From positions 130,200,001 through 130,264,000 of the forward strand of contig NC_043000.1 of the NCBI RefSeq assembly GCF_006345805.1: a stretch of DNA of 64,000 nt, given 5' to 3'. This document shows positions 38,022-55,797 of the stretch, piece by piece. The notes below the pieces were generated by a model that saw nothing but the letters and a program-made list of their open reading frames with translations, did no database searches and was not told the origin of the DNA. The stretch's first letter is position 1. Each line of letters begins with the position of its first letter. Origin of the DNA: Octopus sinensis. Taxonomy: Eukaryota. The translations under genes were made by a program, and so were the position numbers.

Positions 38022-38177
38022 CGTTATATAATCTTAGTGTTAATTAATTAATAATAATACTCTAGGTGTTGGGTACTTTTGCATTAAGTTTCAAATCTTC
38101 ACAAGTTTTATCTTTACACATGTATACTCATATCTATGCTTGTCTATATCATGTAGATGTATATAATATAATATACA

Positions 38178-38210
<33 letters not shown>

Positions 38211-38587
38211 ATACATATATTTACATGTACGTATATATTCGTTTATATAACTCAAACATACACACAGTTATGTACAAATATATTTTTTATTTACATTTTT
38301 GTAATATATTCTACGATAAGGCATATATTTCATATATAATATGCAATGAAATAAACGCACACACGCACGCGTACATTTATGCATTTATGTGTGCATGCTT
38401 GTGTAACCATGGTGCACTCCCAGCTTCCCTTGTCTTTATTTACAGTTTTCTTTCCCTGTTCAACCTTTCTTTCTGTCTTTTCTTCTCTTTACATCATGTA
38501 TATATTCAAAGCAGCAGGAAGATTAAATGAGAAAGAGAAAGCGGAGAAATAGTAAGAGGCAATGAGATGGAAAACGGAGAGACAAAC

Positions 38588-38618
<31 letters not shown>

Positions 38619-39989
38619 GAGGGAGGAAAAGGAAAGAAATTACGAGGACGAGAATGAGAGAAGTAGTGGGGGGGGGTGCTGAGTGTATGTATGTACTTGT
38701 GTGTGTGAGCAAATACATTCTTCAAAAAAAAAAAAAAAAATTCAAACCCATACACACAAAACACACACACTCAGACTTCCACAATACATGGAGTTCACTC
38801 CTCACCTCCTTTCTCTTGTTGTTTGCTCTTATTCTTCCCACTACCTCTTTCTATTCTTCAACCTGCTTATATAAACATCACCAACTGAAACCTTTTCGTT
38901 TTTTTTGGGGGGTTTTTTTTTTGTTTGCACGATCGACCTCCTGTTAGTTATAGTAGGCAAATCGCCCTCAACCCACACCATTACAATTCCGAGGTGAGGT
39001 GATGGTGGTGGTGGTGGTGGTGGGAAATAAATATTAACAAACATTAATTTTCTATAAAGAAAGAAATGTGGTTAGGCAGAGAGGGCTACGGCTGGACTGC
39101 TTTGATCACAGGTCTGCTTAATGTGACTTGATCTGGGACTAAACAAGGCCTGCAGTATTGTGGAAGCCTTTAACGGTTACTGGATCGGCTAGAAATAGCA
39201 CCGAAATCTCCCTCTAATCACATCAAAACATCTCAAAAAGAAAGACAAAGATGATGTGTCTCCAGATGCATTAATACCTTAAAATTTTTGTTTTAGTATA
39301 AAGGCAAAGTAGGCGTGGCAGTGTAAGTCAGCGCTGGTATATTTCTGATCATAGATATTTACTCACTCAAGCGTAGCCTGTGGCTAAACAGCAACAGCAT
39401 AGCTTTCATTAATAACACTCCATCCTCTACTTCCCGAGGTTCGCTCTTACCAACGGTCGTATTGACACCGGACCGAGGAATCGGTCGTGTGTAGACCATA
39501 GCTGCTAACTTGCTTTCTCTATAATAATACATTACAGTTGCATGTTTTCCGCGTTTATCATCAGCAGCAACTAACTTCCTCATAACAACAACAGCCCCGC
39601 TCTTCACCACCATCTCGCTACGACGCCGCCCGCCAACCCTGCCCTCTCCCCCTTTCTCTTCTATACTTTCACATCGCGCGTGTTCAGTCGCGCACGCGGT
39701 CTAAAACTGTGAATGTCGGGAGAAGAGGAATAAACGCGTGCTGCGTATTTGTTGCTGCTATGCACAGGTGTGTTGCACATGCATTTACGTAATCGAGAAC
39801 ACACACGCATGCACGCACGCACGCACACAGATATATTGAGGAATTCATATATTACCATCTGCCTTTGCATGCACGCACGCGCTTGCACTCGTAGACACTT
39901 ACACATTTTGTACATTAATCAATCAATCAAGACCGCTATCTATATATTGATATAAATAACTATCTCGATATTCACCTCTATCTTTCTAC

Positions 39990-43660
<3,671 letters not shown>

Positions 43661-44037
43661 TCTTTTATTCGTTGCAGTCATTTGACTGCGGCCATGCTGG
43701 AGCACCGCCTTTAGTGGAACAAATCGACGCCAGGACACGTTCTTTGTAAGCCTAGTAGTTATTCTATTGGTCTCTTTTGCCGAACCGCTAATGTTACAGG
43801 GACGTAAACACACCAGCATCGACTGTCAAGCGATGGTGGATGGGGACAAACACCGACACACAAACATATACATACGGCGGGCTTCTTTCAGTTTCCGTCT
43901 ACCAAATCCACTCACAAGGCTTTGGTATGCCTGAGGCTATAGTAGAAGACACTCGCCCAAGGTGCTACGCAGTAGGATTGAACCCTGAACTATGTGGTTG
44001 GTGAGCAAGCTACTTACCACATAACCACTCCTGCGCT
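43661..44037 (-). mobile_element. OK-like SINE
   Basis: Full reverse-complement match to the family. Confidence 0.9.
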
Positions 44038-44714
44038 TATATATTATATATATATATATATACATTTATTTACATGTATATGCGCATACAGAGACATAAA
44101 GCCACAAATGTATACACGCGCGCGCACACACACACACAAATATATATATATTCATATAGATACTTACAACATGTGCACATATGTATTGTGAACGTGTGTG
44201 CGTACATGTGTGTATATATGTGAATTAGCAGCAACACACTGAATGACATCTAACAAATTCTTAGTTAATTGAAATTTCTAAAATTTCCCCCTTGGTGAAA
44301 TACAAGAAAAACTAAAAGCCTGATGGTAATTGTTGGTGACACTGGAAATAAAAGGGAGATAATACCATGACATTAAGAATGAATTTCACAATTTTTTTTC
44401 TTCTATGCTTAGGGGCGAGGGAACCGTATCTTTATACACCTTCAGCTCTCTATTGTTTCCATTCCCACTACCACCGCTACTAGTTGTGGTGGTGGTAACA
44501 TTTACTTCTAACGAATGATAGAATTGAAATTGCAACGAAATACGATGAAGTAGTGTCAGTTTTCTTATTTGAAATCCCTCCATTGTCAACAACTGTTCAT
44601 TATTCTCGGGGTCAATAAATATTAGTCAAGTACTGATGCGATAAAATTAGGGCCTTGATAACTGCAGATAAAACATTCCCTGCTTCGCCGTTGTTATTGT
44701 TTGAATCCTAGTCA

Positions 44715-44934
44715 TATTTCTTTACTACCCACAAGGGGTTAAACACAGAGAGGAGAAACAAGGATAGACAAACGGATTAAGTCGATTATATTGACCTCAG
44801 TGCGTAACTTGTACTTATTTAATCGACCCCGAAAGGATGAAAGGCAATGTCGACCTCAGCGGAATTTGAACTTAGAACATAGCGGCAGACGAAATACCGC
44901 TATGCATTTCACCCGGCGTGCTAACGTTTCTGTC
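44715..44934 (-). mobile_element. 5'-truncated Nin-domain SINE with 11-bp target-site duplication
   Basis: TSD aatcctagtca at 44704-44714 and 44935-44945. Confidence 0.9.
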
Positions 44935-44968
44935 AATCCTAGTCAGTCTGAACTAAGATGATCTGCGA

Positions 44969-45186
44969 TTAACCATTTTGTTATATTTCTGCTGAAATGC
45001 ACAGCTTCTATTTCAATTAATTTTGAAAATTAAGATTTAGTGAAATAGCTTTGTCATTATCAAGCTGCTTTTTAATACATAAGTTAATATGAAATTACGA
45101 TAGGTTTTAATTTAGGTCACCTTAAAACAGGGAGTTAGTACGAAAGGACTAGAGGCGGTCCCACGCGGTTTGATATTAGATGGGTT
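44969..45186. mobile_element. Degenerate piggyBac-type MITE (~215 bp)
   Basis: Begins ttaa-ccattttgtta and ends gcggtttgatattagatgggtt, a decayed TTAA-CCC...GGG-TTAA structure. Confidence 0.55.
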
Positions 45187-46777
45187 CCCGACCGGTCTAT
45201 TTATCGAAGACTACATAGTTTAATGTGACATTCGTTTGTGAAAGTACGCTGCTATTTCTAGCTAGATTAGCAGCCATATTGGTCCGTGCATAATACCTTT
45301 AGTTTAAATTTGCGCCACACGAAAGCAATGGCGACTGTTGCTATTACTACCGTTACTGTCTTGCTTACAAAAATGAAGTAGTGAGAAGTCACTCAACACT
45401 AAGATAATTTATTTGAAGCATGCATATACAATTGAATATATATAAACACATAGATCCGGACATATATACAGACAGTTTCTTAAGAACTTTGGCTAAAAAC
45501 ATTTGACTTTCAAGTCACTCTTATAAAGATCTGATCTGGCAAAATATAATCCGTTACCAGCTTTACATTAAGCTCTCTTTCAGATTAAGTTTGTAAATTT
45601 AAACGTGAGTGCGTATGTGGTGCTTTCACACTCACACATGATTGAGTCAGGGATTGTCAGGTTCAGCTCACATCCATTTTCAAATTACATATGTACACAT
45701 ATACCAGAGTTTACGTCCTTCTACCTTCTTTCTCGAGTTATGTCAACTTATAAGGGCCAGTTTTCCGGTTTCCAGCCGAGTGGAACGGAACAACGTGAAA
45801 TGTTTTCATCAAGAAGACAGCGTGTCGCCCGTCCCAGGAAACGAAACCACAATCTTACGATCATGAGTCGAGTACCCTAACCAATAAGCCACGCGCCATC
45901 ACACAGGGATGAATATGCCATTGCACACGTGCACATCTATGTACAGGAATTGGCAAGAGTTGTAGAAGTCTAGCAGCTGGTCATTCATACAAGTACTTCC
46001 CCTCTTTGCCACAGTTGTTTATCCAAGAAAATGGCTGCCAACTGGGTTTCGATACGCTTTGACACCAGACGTTGTCAGAATGCAAAAAGCGGAAACAGAT
46101 ACAGGAAGTTATCTTTGACCGAGCCCTCTAACAATTTTGCAAACATAGCTTGCTACACTGATAATTTTATTTTCTCTTTGTTGATCGATATCGAAAGGAA
46201 GAAAGGTTAATTTGGTTTCGGCTGGATTTGATTCCAATGTGCGGGACCTGGAACTAATAACTCGCGGGATTGTGTCCAACGCTTTTACGACTCTGCCAAA
46301 TCGCCGCTTTGTATAAATGTATGTGAACGCAATACATGAATATCTATATGCACAAATGTTTACATGGCTTATGGGGGATCCATTATAACTGAGAATGCTG
46401 GTGTTAAAGCCTTGGCTACGCCAGTTTGTACGCGCACGTGTATGTATGTATGTAGATAGATAGATATACAATTAAGGATGATACACAGATTAGAATTTTA
46501 AAATAATATTGCTTCTGTTGCACATACATATATATTAAATTTCGAAGTCACTGTCACTCCTCTCCGAATAAAAGTTTGATAAATATGTACACTACAAAAG
46601 AGTATTGAGCGATTCCTTTGCTTAATGTTAAATTGTTTTATCACATGAAACTTGACAAACACACACACACACACATAAATTTATATAAATAAGGATAAGA
46701 TCGATATTTAAAAAATACCGATCTTATCAGGTGTCCAGCATGGGGATAAAAACCTTTCAAAGGTAATAATCATTTAA

Positions 46778-46968
46778 AATTATAATTTAGGGTATCTAAG
46801 CGATACAACCACGCTTGGAATAGCAGTTAAAACTTAACTCTAAAACCACATTAAATGTTCATATAGCACCTGGTGGTTTTAGAGTCAAGTTTTAATGTGG
46901 TTTTAGAGTCAAGTTTTGACTGCTATTTCAAGCGTGGTAGTATCTCTTAGATACCCTAAATTATAATT
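46778..46968. mobile_element. Fold-back MITE, ~78-bp arms
   Basis: aattataatttagggtatctaagcgatacaaccacgcttggaatagcagttaaaacttaactctaaaaccacattaa is mirrored at 46892-46968. There is an extra tandem copy of gtggttttagagtcaagtttt in the loop. Confidence 0.85.
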
Positions 46969-46969
46969 A

Positions 46970-47021
<52 letters not shown>

Positions 47022-47689
47022 TATATATAAAACGGCGGTGCATCAGCATGGCCGCAGCTCTGATCTGAAAAAAAAATTATTTATTTATTGAAGGCTGAAG
47101 CTTTAGAAAGAGTTAATCCGAATCTCTCGCTTCCGATCTACGAATTGAATAGTTTGGTAAACGGCAAAACAGTAGCCATCGACCAAATAAATATAATTAT
47201 ACTGTCACGAAGTATTGAATTACATTTTCTGTTATTCGTTATAAACAACACATACACACATACGCAGATGTATATGATATATGAAGCGCAGTGGTGCGGT
47301 GATTTAATACGTGTGACCTATATTATACATAGTATAGATAGTAGGAGCTATAGTATTTAACGTGGAGATGTTACTTCAGACTTTCTATTTGGCACTCTCT
47401 AAGAATTACGAAGCCTTAACTTTTATATCATTAATCATATTGGAAATACAATTGGTTCAGACCCTTGGTAATTCTTTATTCAGAATATATTTAAGAAAGA
47501 ACTGGAAAAAATACAAAATTTTTCAGAAAAATTTATGTAGTGGTAATGAATCAAAAATCTCAGTACCTATTGAAATGACAGTGATAATATTAATGGTGAG
47601 TTTTATTGACATGAAACCAGAATATTTGAGAAAAGGATTATGATAGATATCTTTCATCACCCATTCACTTCAGCATCATAACAAGCAAT

Positions 47690-48090
47690 ATTGGTTTCTA
47701 ATTTTGGCACCAGGGTAGCAATTTAGGGGAAAGGGGTAAGTCGATTGCATTGACCCTAGTGCTCAACTGGTACTTAGTTCATCAACCCCGAAAGAATGAA
47801 ATGCAAAGTCGACTTCAGCGGAACTTGAACTCGGACCATAAAGACGGACAAAATACCTCTTTCTTTACTACCCACAAGGGGCTAAACACAGAGAGGACAA
47901 ACAAGGACAGACAAACGGATTAAGACGATTATATCGACCCCAGTGCGTAAGTGGTACTTATTTAATCGACCCCGAAATTATGAAAGGCAAAGTCGACCTT
48001 GGCGAAATTTGAACTCAGAACGTAGCAGCAGACGAAATACTGCAAAGCATTTCGCCCGGCGTGCTAACGTTTCTGCCAGCTCACCGCCTT
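47690..48090 (-). mobile_element. Two nested or adjacent Nin-domain SINEs
   Basis: An older copy at ~47690-47857 is followed by a full copy at ~47860-48090 ending ccagctcaccgcctt. Confidence 0.85.
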
Positions 48091-49605
48091 ATCCTCACGC
48101 ACAATCATCATTAAATTACATGCATATCTATCTATCTATCTATGTGTCTGTGTGTATTTGCTTGGCTCAACGGATGGCTACATAATCTTGTATGTTGAAA
48201 ATTTTAGCAGTTGTCATTCATATTTCATTCCCGGGATATTTTTTCTTGCGGCATAATTATCTAACCAATATGAAGCATTTTTTTTTATGTTAGAGTGTAT
48301 TAAACAGAATAGATAATACCTTTACACAGAATTTAAATAGCAAGTATATGTTATTAATCGCATTTTGTGCGTCTTTTGCTACATGTTTCCTTGAGCTAAC
48401 GCATATATACACGACAATTAGATAACTCTGCATGTAATAGCTAAACGGCGCTGCGTCTGAGTAGCCGCTCGTTCTGTTAGAACTTACAGTCAAAGCTCCT
48501 ATAAATCATACACCATACCATGCGGAGGACACTTTGGACAATATTGTTGACAATATACAAAATAAAGGCTGGACGCGTCTGTGACGCCTTTTATTCTACA
48601 TCCGTTCTATCCTGCTAAGTTGGGCGGGGGGCGAACAATTACGACAAAATACATAGATCTCATTTTATTTTTAAATAATTTGTTTTCCATCAGGACGTCC
48701 TTCCGATCGTAAAATCCATGTGCGCAGGAAAAGGAAAGCGGTAACATCGATACTATGAAAATGATTTCCAAGAGAGATGCGTGAGAGAAATATTTGAAGA
48801 CAGGAAGCAAAAATAAAATAAAGCTTTAGAGAGACAATATGAAATGCTAGACTGACACTATGTTTATTACAGGATTTTATCGGCAAAAGTCTACTTATGA
48901 GTAGAATGTAGAGCATTAAATAATAAAGGACGTTTGTGAAATAAATTGTAAATGAAAACTGAAATAAAATGAAGAGTACCAAGACACATTTATACATATG
49001 CACGAATTAACTACCATGCACAAACAAAAATCATATCTACGCTACATACGATACTGTCGTGTTGGCATGCTCAAGCTTGTATGTGTACATATACATACCT
49101 ATCTACTTTCGTATGTAGAGTCTATTCATTCTTTCAAAACTGGTGATTGCTCAGAGTTACTCTCCTGTTATGAGAGAGAGAGAGACACAATTCGATCACT
49201 TCTGCTGAGAACCACTGATAGTAAGTCAACGCTACTCACTATTTCGCTCTAGCTTCCCCAAGCAATAACACTTGACCAAAACTCTTCATTGAATAACGAT
49301 GGCATCGATCATGTTTCAGATTTCAGACAGCTGATTACTCTTATCATCACCTGAATGAAAGCATATGAAAGAAAAACTAGTGAATCATCCACTTGATTAT
49401 ATACACACACACACTATGACCGTAAAGTCTGCATACATTGGGGTTGGCAAAGACCTAAGGCATAACACATTTTTCCTTCGTTTCATCCGTTACTCGGTTA
49501 CAATTGAATATTTCCTATCTAACCAAACTTTATGGTCACCCTATATATGTATATACACACATTACATACACACAGCCGTTTTGAGTTCTATTTTCCCTTT
49601 CATCG

Positions 49606-49647
<42 letters not shown>

Positions 49648-49650
<3 letters not shown>

Positions 49651-50152
49651 CATACATATTACATACATATGCTATCATGCAAAAATCAGATATGTGTTCA
49701 ATATATCTCTGCATAGTGACTATTTTATTTGCATATGTGTAAACACGAGCACGGACCCATATATGAATCTTTCATAAAATCAACATAATGATCGATTGTA
49801 ACTATCAACTCATATGAACACACTCGTATACATGCGTGTGTATATGTCTAAGTAAGGTAATTGCTCTGCAACAAAATATCTGCTTCATATATATATATAT
49901 TATATATATATATATATTACATACATATTACATACATATGCTATCATGCAAAAATCAGATATGTGTTCAATATATCTCTGCATAGTGACTATTTTATTTG
50001 CATATGTGTAAACACGAGCACGGACCCATATATGAATCTTTCATAAAATCAACATAATGATCGATTGTAACTATCAACTCATATGAACACACTCGTATAC
50101 ATGCGTGTGTATATGTCTAAGTAAGGTAATTGCTCTGCAACAAACTATCTGC

Positions 50153-50155
<3 letters not shown>
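49648..50155. repeat. Tandem direct duplication of a 239-bp unique segment bounded by (TA)n
   Basis: 49648-49886 and 49917-50155 are identical except acaaaatatc vs acaaactatc. Confidence 0.95.
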
Positions 50156-50186
<31 letters not shown>

Positions 50187-51544
50187 TATATGTATATACA
50201 GTCTTATGTAACTGTCTCTTTTAGTTATGCAGTTGAAGAATGCAATTAGGTAACTTCTGTCAAAGCGCCGTGTGCAGTGTTCATCACGATAAAAAGCTGC
50301 TACAAATGCCAACATATAGCTGTAAATGCCATCTTGCTGCTTCAGATGAGGCGAACCTTATCCGAATACAATTCACGATTCAAGTAGGAGAATGCAAATG
50401 TGTGCATAGTTTAATTCTTATCTTTTCCTCTCTCTCTGTCTTACTATATTATTCTGTTAGTGTGACGATGTGTCTTTCTTATAATAGTTCACATGATTTT
50501 CTATAATCGTCTGTGTGTGTATAGGAGTGAGTATATATTATAAAGTCAAATCTCCGTATCACTGTCCGTCTTTCGAAAACCAGTCACGTAAATGTTCTTT
50601 ACTTAAAGAATATTTTAATCTTTTGGCAACTCAACATTAAGTGGAACAACGCGAAGAATTAAATGTTAACTATTTGGTCGGGGTAGGGGATTTTAAATTT
50701 AGCGTGATTAGAAATTCGTTTGAAGCCGATGCAGCAAAGGAGCTGCTATGTGGTGGTCACTTGGTCTCCTAGACAGAGCAGTCAAATCCCTCCTCAAAGG
50801 AAATTACATTAAAAACGAAAATTAAATTAAATTCTTAAATTAAAAAACGAAATAGGATTGTTTGGAATTACATTGATCATATCTCTCTTGGATGGTCAGG
50901 AATGACCAGGGGCTAAATAATTTCATCATATACAGCGGTGGTGCCCCAAAATGGCCGCGGCCTTCGGGCTAAAACATTTTTGAGGATTTAAGGAACCAAT
51001 GTTGGTATTTATCTATTAGTAAATTAAAATGAAAGAAAACAACATAACTAAAAATAGCCACGGTGGTCAGCTATGCCTTTCATCATTTCTGGATCGCTAC
51101 GTAATGTTTTTTTTTTTCGTGGCGGACTGGCGCAATTATTAATGTCGAGCGAGGCACTGTGTAGTACTTACTCCGGTTTCTTGCATTATAAATTCTTGGG
51201 TAGTTGACTTAATTCGTTACCCGATTACGCACATACATACCACTACCTGGTTTTGATGCATTAATTAGAAATAACACCGTTACATGTATACTCCCCATCT
51301 TCTTCCCACCAGCCTCGCAGGATCCGAAAAATACAGGGTTATGGGTGCTGCATGATGAAATGCTTAACAAAAATATTACTAGTAACTAATAGCATGTAAC
51401 TTCTGGGTTTCTTATTTTTACCCAGTATTTTATTTACACGCTATTATTTATAGATTTAACTATTTCGAGTTCAGTCGCTGAAAATAGATTATTTCACGTT
51501 CTCTCGAAATCTCTAAATTTTTATAACGTAAAAAAAAAAAATAT

Positions 51545-51772
51545 TATTTGGCTGGTGCGGCTTTTTTTCAACAAATTTTATTCAGCAAAAACAATAACAA
51601 TATTTAACAAAAACATCTTTAAATGACGGCATGACCGTCTGCCAAGCAAATGGGAAGCAATAATTAAAGTAATGGTGAATATGCTCCGGAATAATCATTT
51701 AAAGATGTTTTTGTTACATATTGTTGTTGTTTATGTTGAAAAAAGCTGCAATAATTATTCACCAACCCAATA
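51545..51772 (+). mobile_element. Mariner-derived MITE with long inverted arms
   Basis: The right TIR caataattattcaccaacccaa-TA is intact and the left one is decayed (ta-tttggctggtg...cggctttttttcaac). Internal arms read aacaatatttaacaaaaacatctttaaatga / tcatttaaagatgtttttgttacatattgtt. The core encodes RLPSKWEAII, a mariner C-terminus. Confidence 0.75.
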
Positions 51773-51800
51773 GTATTTTATGGGTGGAAAATTTCATATA

Positions 51801-51962
51801 GGCGCAGGAGTGGCTGTGTGGTAAGTAGCTTGCTTACTAACTACATGGTTCTAGGTTCAGTCCCACTGCGTGGCACCTTGAGCAAGTGTCTTCTATTATA
51901 GCTTCGGGCCAACCAAAGCCTTGTCAATGGATTTGGTAGACGGAAACTGAAAGAAGCCCGTC

Positions 51963-52018
<56 letters not shown>

Positions 52019-52172
52019 ATGTTTGTCCTCCAACATCGATTGACAACAGATGCTGTAACTTAGCGGTTTGGCAAGAGAGACCGATAGAATAAATACCAGG
52101 CTTACAAAGAATAAGTCCTGGCGTCGATTTGCTCGACTAAAGGCGCAGTCACATGACTGAAAGAATAAAAGA
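51801..52172 (+). mobile_element. OK-like SINE
   Basis: ggcgcaggagtggctgtgtggtaagtagc...ggttcagtcccactgcgtggcacc..., with a tail carrying small deletions. Confidence 0.9.
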
Positions 52173-55100
52173 AAGAAAAAATAATATTCGGTTGGCCCAC
52201 AAACGCATTCAAGACCTTTTCCCCTAAACTGAACCAACATCGTCGAAAGACTAAAACAATGACAAACAAAATAAATGATATCACTCCATGAAAACACTTT
52301 TTATACTAATTGTTCGCAATATTTGCAGAAATTATATTGAAATTATATTCTTATTATATATTAAAGCCCGCCAGGTAAGATGACTACTATTATTGTTTTT
52401 TCTTTCTCTTTAAAAGATTTACGCTAAAAATGTCCCGAAGTGTCGGTTGAACCATTGAACTTATAATTAGCTGTATGTCTTTGTGGCTGTTAGCGCTTAT
52501 ATTTATTTATGCGTATATCTGTGTATGTGAGATTGTCTATCGAAGCAATATGTTGTGATGTGTCGATAGGTTCACTAAACCTGGGGTTGCTTTCTAGAAC
52601 CAACTCAATAATAAGTTCGATTGTGAATATCTGCGTCTTCTTAACTGTGTTGGTGTGCTAGATGTGTGTGTTAAGAGAAACCTATGGGTGTATTTGACAA
52701 TAACAACTGTACCAAAATAATATACGCACAATCAGATATACTTTGTCAAACAAAAGTATATGACTCCATAGTTTATTGGTGTACATTCAAATAAGAAGTC
52801 TGACTAAAGAAAGTATGTGGAGGTATTATGTTTTTAAAATATGCGACTCTCTGACAGAAGCTCTCATCGGGCTACCGGAGGAAAAATAACATGTCTATGG
52901 TTTGAGAGGCATGTATGTGTGCCTACCATCAAACAAGGGACGTTGCCCCCTGGGAAGATTGTCGATTCTGTGTCACAGCATCAGCAGATATCAGCACAGA
53001 CGTGAATGTCAATGTTAGGTGTGGTGACTCTGAATATAGAAGATCATAGTCACCATACCTACAGAACTAGTGTTACACTATATAGGGGAAGACTTCAGAA
53101 CTAATCTTTCAGAGATGAAAGCCCGCTGATATACATATAATAGTAAAAGCCATCTAAGGGCTTTCTACAAACTACGGAGGCATCAACTCCTCTGTAGCTC
53201 TTGGTGAAGCTCTGAAGAAGTAGTAGGCGATCAGTCCCTCTTTAGTTCTTGGAGTTAACTAAGAAGCCGAGAGTCTACCTTCTCCAGGTGATGAGGATGA
53301 GATGGAAGGAGAGGGTAACATTTATAAGCATAACAACAACAACAGGTAGTTGTCGAAATTAATTTCACTTCATAGAAATTCTACCCCCTCTACTTGTGAG
53401 TAAGAGAAACCGCAAGATCAAGCAGACAGTAGACTTTTTCGGGAGATTAACAAAATTAGAAAAAAAAATACAAATAAAAAATGGAAATATAAAAGAATTC
53501 TTATCACTCACGACGACATCCCCACCAGCTTCTCAAAACAAAAAAAATGATATTCAAAGCTTCTTTGCATGACCAAACAAAGGATTGATGTAAGAAACAT
53601 AATTGCAAGAAGACTTTCTTTACAATTTATCGATACCATTTCCTAATCAAGCAAACAATGCGATCAGACCACAAAAGCACAGACAGGATCGGCCATTGCT
53701 ATTGTGCTCATGTTTCCTCTCTTTATATAACAAGTCAATCAGTCGTAAGACGTGGTAACTTATTTGCCCTCCCTGATCACGGAGGATTATGGATTTACTG
53801 AGCTGAAAGAGTTCATGGAGAAGGAGTGACCTAATCAACAAAGTAAGGAATTTGGAAATAAAACACAATCAGGATTGCGGAATGTTCTGATTAAAAAAGA
53901 TAGAATTTAGATTTTCGTATATCTTTTGTTGCATATTTTTTATTATTCTATGCAATTGTTTGCCATACAATTTCAAATTTACTGAATTGGCAAAAGCGTT
54001 TAAAAAGTCTATGATTTAGCCGAGTCGGTAGAGCGTCAGACAGAACGCTTCGTAGTATTTCTTGTGACTCTCAGATATCAGAGCTCAAATCCCGTCCGGT
54101 AAACTTTGCTTTTCCTCCTTTCGAGATTCATAAGAAAAAAATAAATACTAATCGAAGGTGGAGAATTGGTAGAATTTTTAGAAATACCAAGTAGTAATTC
54201 TGCTACAAACCTCCAGTTGTAGACTTAATCCGTTGCTTTATTTAACACCGGTTTGAAGGTATCTTTCTCCTTCTTTCTCCTTAATTTCTATGGACACTAC
54301 ATTCCATCCTGACTAAAAAGGTAAAATATTTATTGCATAGCATCTCACTCATCTCGTTTTCATACGATTTTCCCCCATATTACACGTCGTTTTAAGCCAC
54401 CACCCCCCATTAACGTTTCATGTTTTGTGTGTAGGAATAATCTATATCCAACTGCTTTTAGCGGAAAAGGACGTTCATATACTGTTGTTGTTTGGGCTTG
54501 TCTTTTCTCTTGGCAAAACGAGCTACATATCGCTTCTTCAAAACATTTTAAACATATTTTGGTTTAACATGCTTACATTTAGCACAAACTTTCGGCGAGA
54601 GGTTAATGTAATGTGCCTCCATAGATAAACTTCATTGGCAACATAAGGATGTGCAAAAAATATTGTACAGTAGAACATACTCATTTTGAAACAAAATGTT
54701 ATGTTTTAATGGACATTGATGCAAAGGGGTATAATTTTCACGACGCTTTTAGCAACATTACCAATACTAACAATAATACTTACATGCATACATAGGTTTT
54801 ACGAAAGAATTTTTAAATATATATTTTAAATTATAGTATGTTTTCATGATTGTTAGTTGAAGGTATCTTTAGTTAAAAGCAAGATACGCCTTTTGTTAAT
54901 AAAAAAGACAGAGTGCGAATATGATAAAAGATAATCTTTGTTACATTGTTATAAAAAAAATAAATGCCTTTCTGACTGTAATCTGTCACAAGCGCACAAG
55001 GAAATGAAAATAACCTACATTTCAAAAGGTTTCATTGTACTCCGCGAAGAAAAGTTTGAGGTAACCTTTGCCGATAGTGGAGTGGGAATTCATTCTTCGA

Positions 55101-55589
55101 GCGATGAAGGGTAAATGGCAGTTTTTATGTATTTATTAGATACAGGAAAGAGGCAGAGCGAGTAGTGCTTAGCTGTGTACGAATAGAGCATAGTATTTGA
55201 GTTGAAGTAATATGAAAGCCTCAGTAAAAGTCACAGAGAGAACGCTGACCCAAGAGTTGTAGTTACTTTGGTGAGGAAATAAGGAGAGTTGGTTAATGCT
55301 CTCGTAACGTTTGGTGTGATGTAAACGGGTTGAATATCTAAAGACTTAAAAGTTTTCATATGCGAAAAACCGTTCGATAAACTGGTGAAACCTGAAGATA
55401 AATGGAAATAAAGTCACGATAAGGTCTTTGAGAGACAGGAAAGGATAACCCCCACCCCAACGTTGTAAATAGAATGATATAAGGTATAGTGTAGCTGTAT
55501 AATGTACAGTGATACAATACGTAGTAAATATTTTATACGATTCCTTAAGATGAAATTACGGTAAAATTACAGATTAACAGCCGCACGAT

Positions 55590-55797
55590 TTTCACTAAAA
55601 AAAAAAATGATTTTTTGCTTGGAATCAAGTTCTGTGACCTCGTAATATGCTATGCTGTAAATCCCATATTTGGGTTCGGAAGGGTGGGGAGGCAGCCCCC
55701 AACACCCTTCCGAACCCAAATATGGGATTTACAGCATATTACGAGGTCACAGTACTTGATTCCACGCAAAAAATCAGAGTTCTTTTTTGTGTGAAAA
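55590..55797. repeat. Long fold-back (MITE-like) with ~95-bp arms and a 36-bp perfect core
   Basis: 55651-55686 tatgctgtaaatcccatatttgggttcggaagggtg is the exact reverse complement of 55703-55738. Confidence 0.9.

Noticed and set aside
39359-39613. 84-aa ORF ending near a GTGAGT donor-like motif
   Set aside because: Its end overlaps the old interspersed repeat (ggctaaacagcaac) and no homology is recognisable.
49708-49730. tgcatagt similarity to the miR-153 seed
   Set aside because: The remainder does not match the mature miRNA. I recognised no conserved miRNA anywhere in the window by eye.
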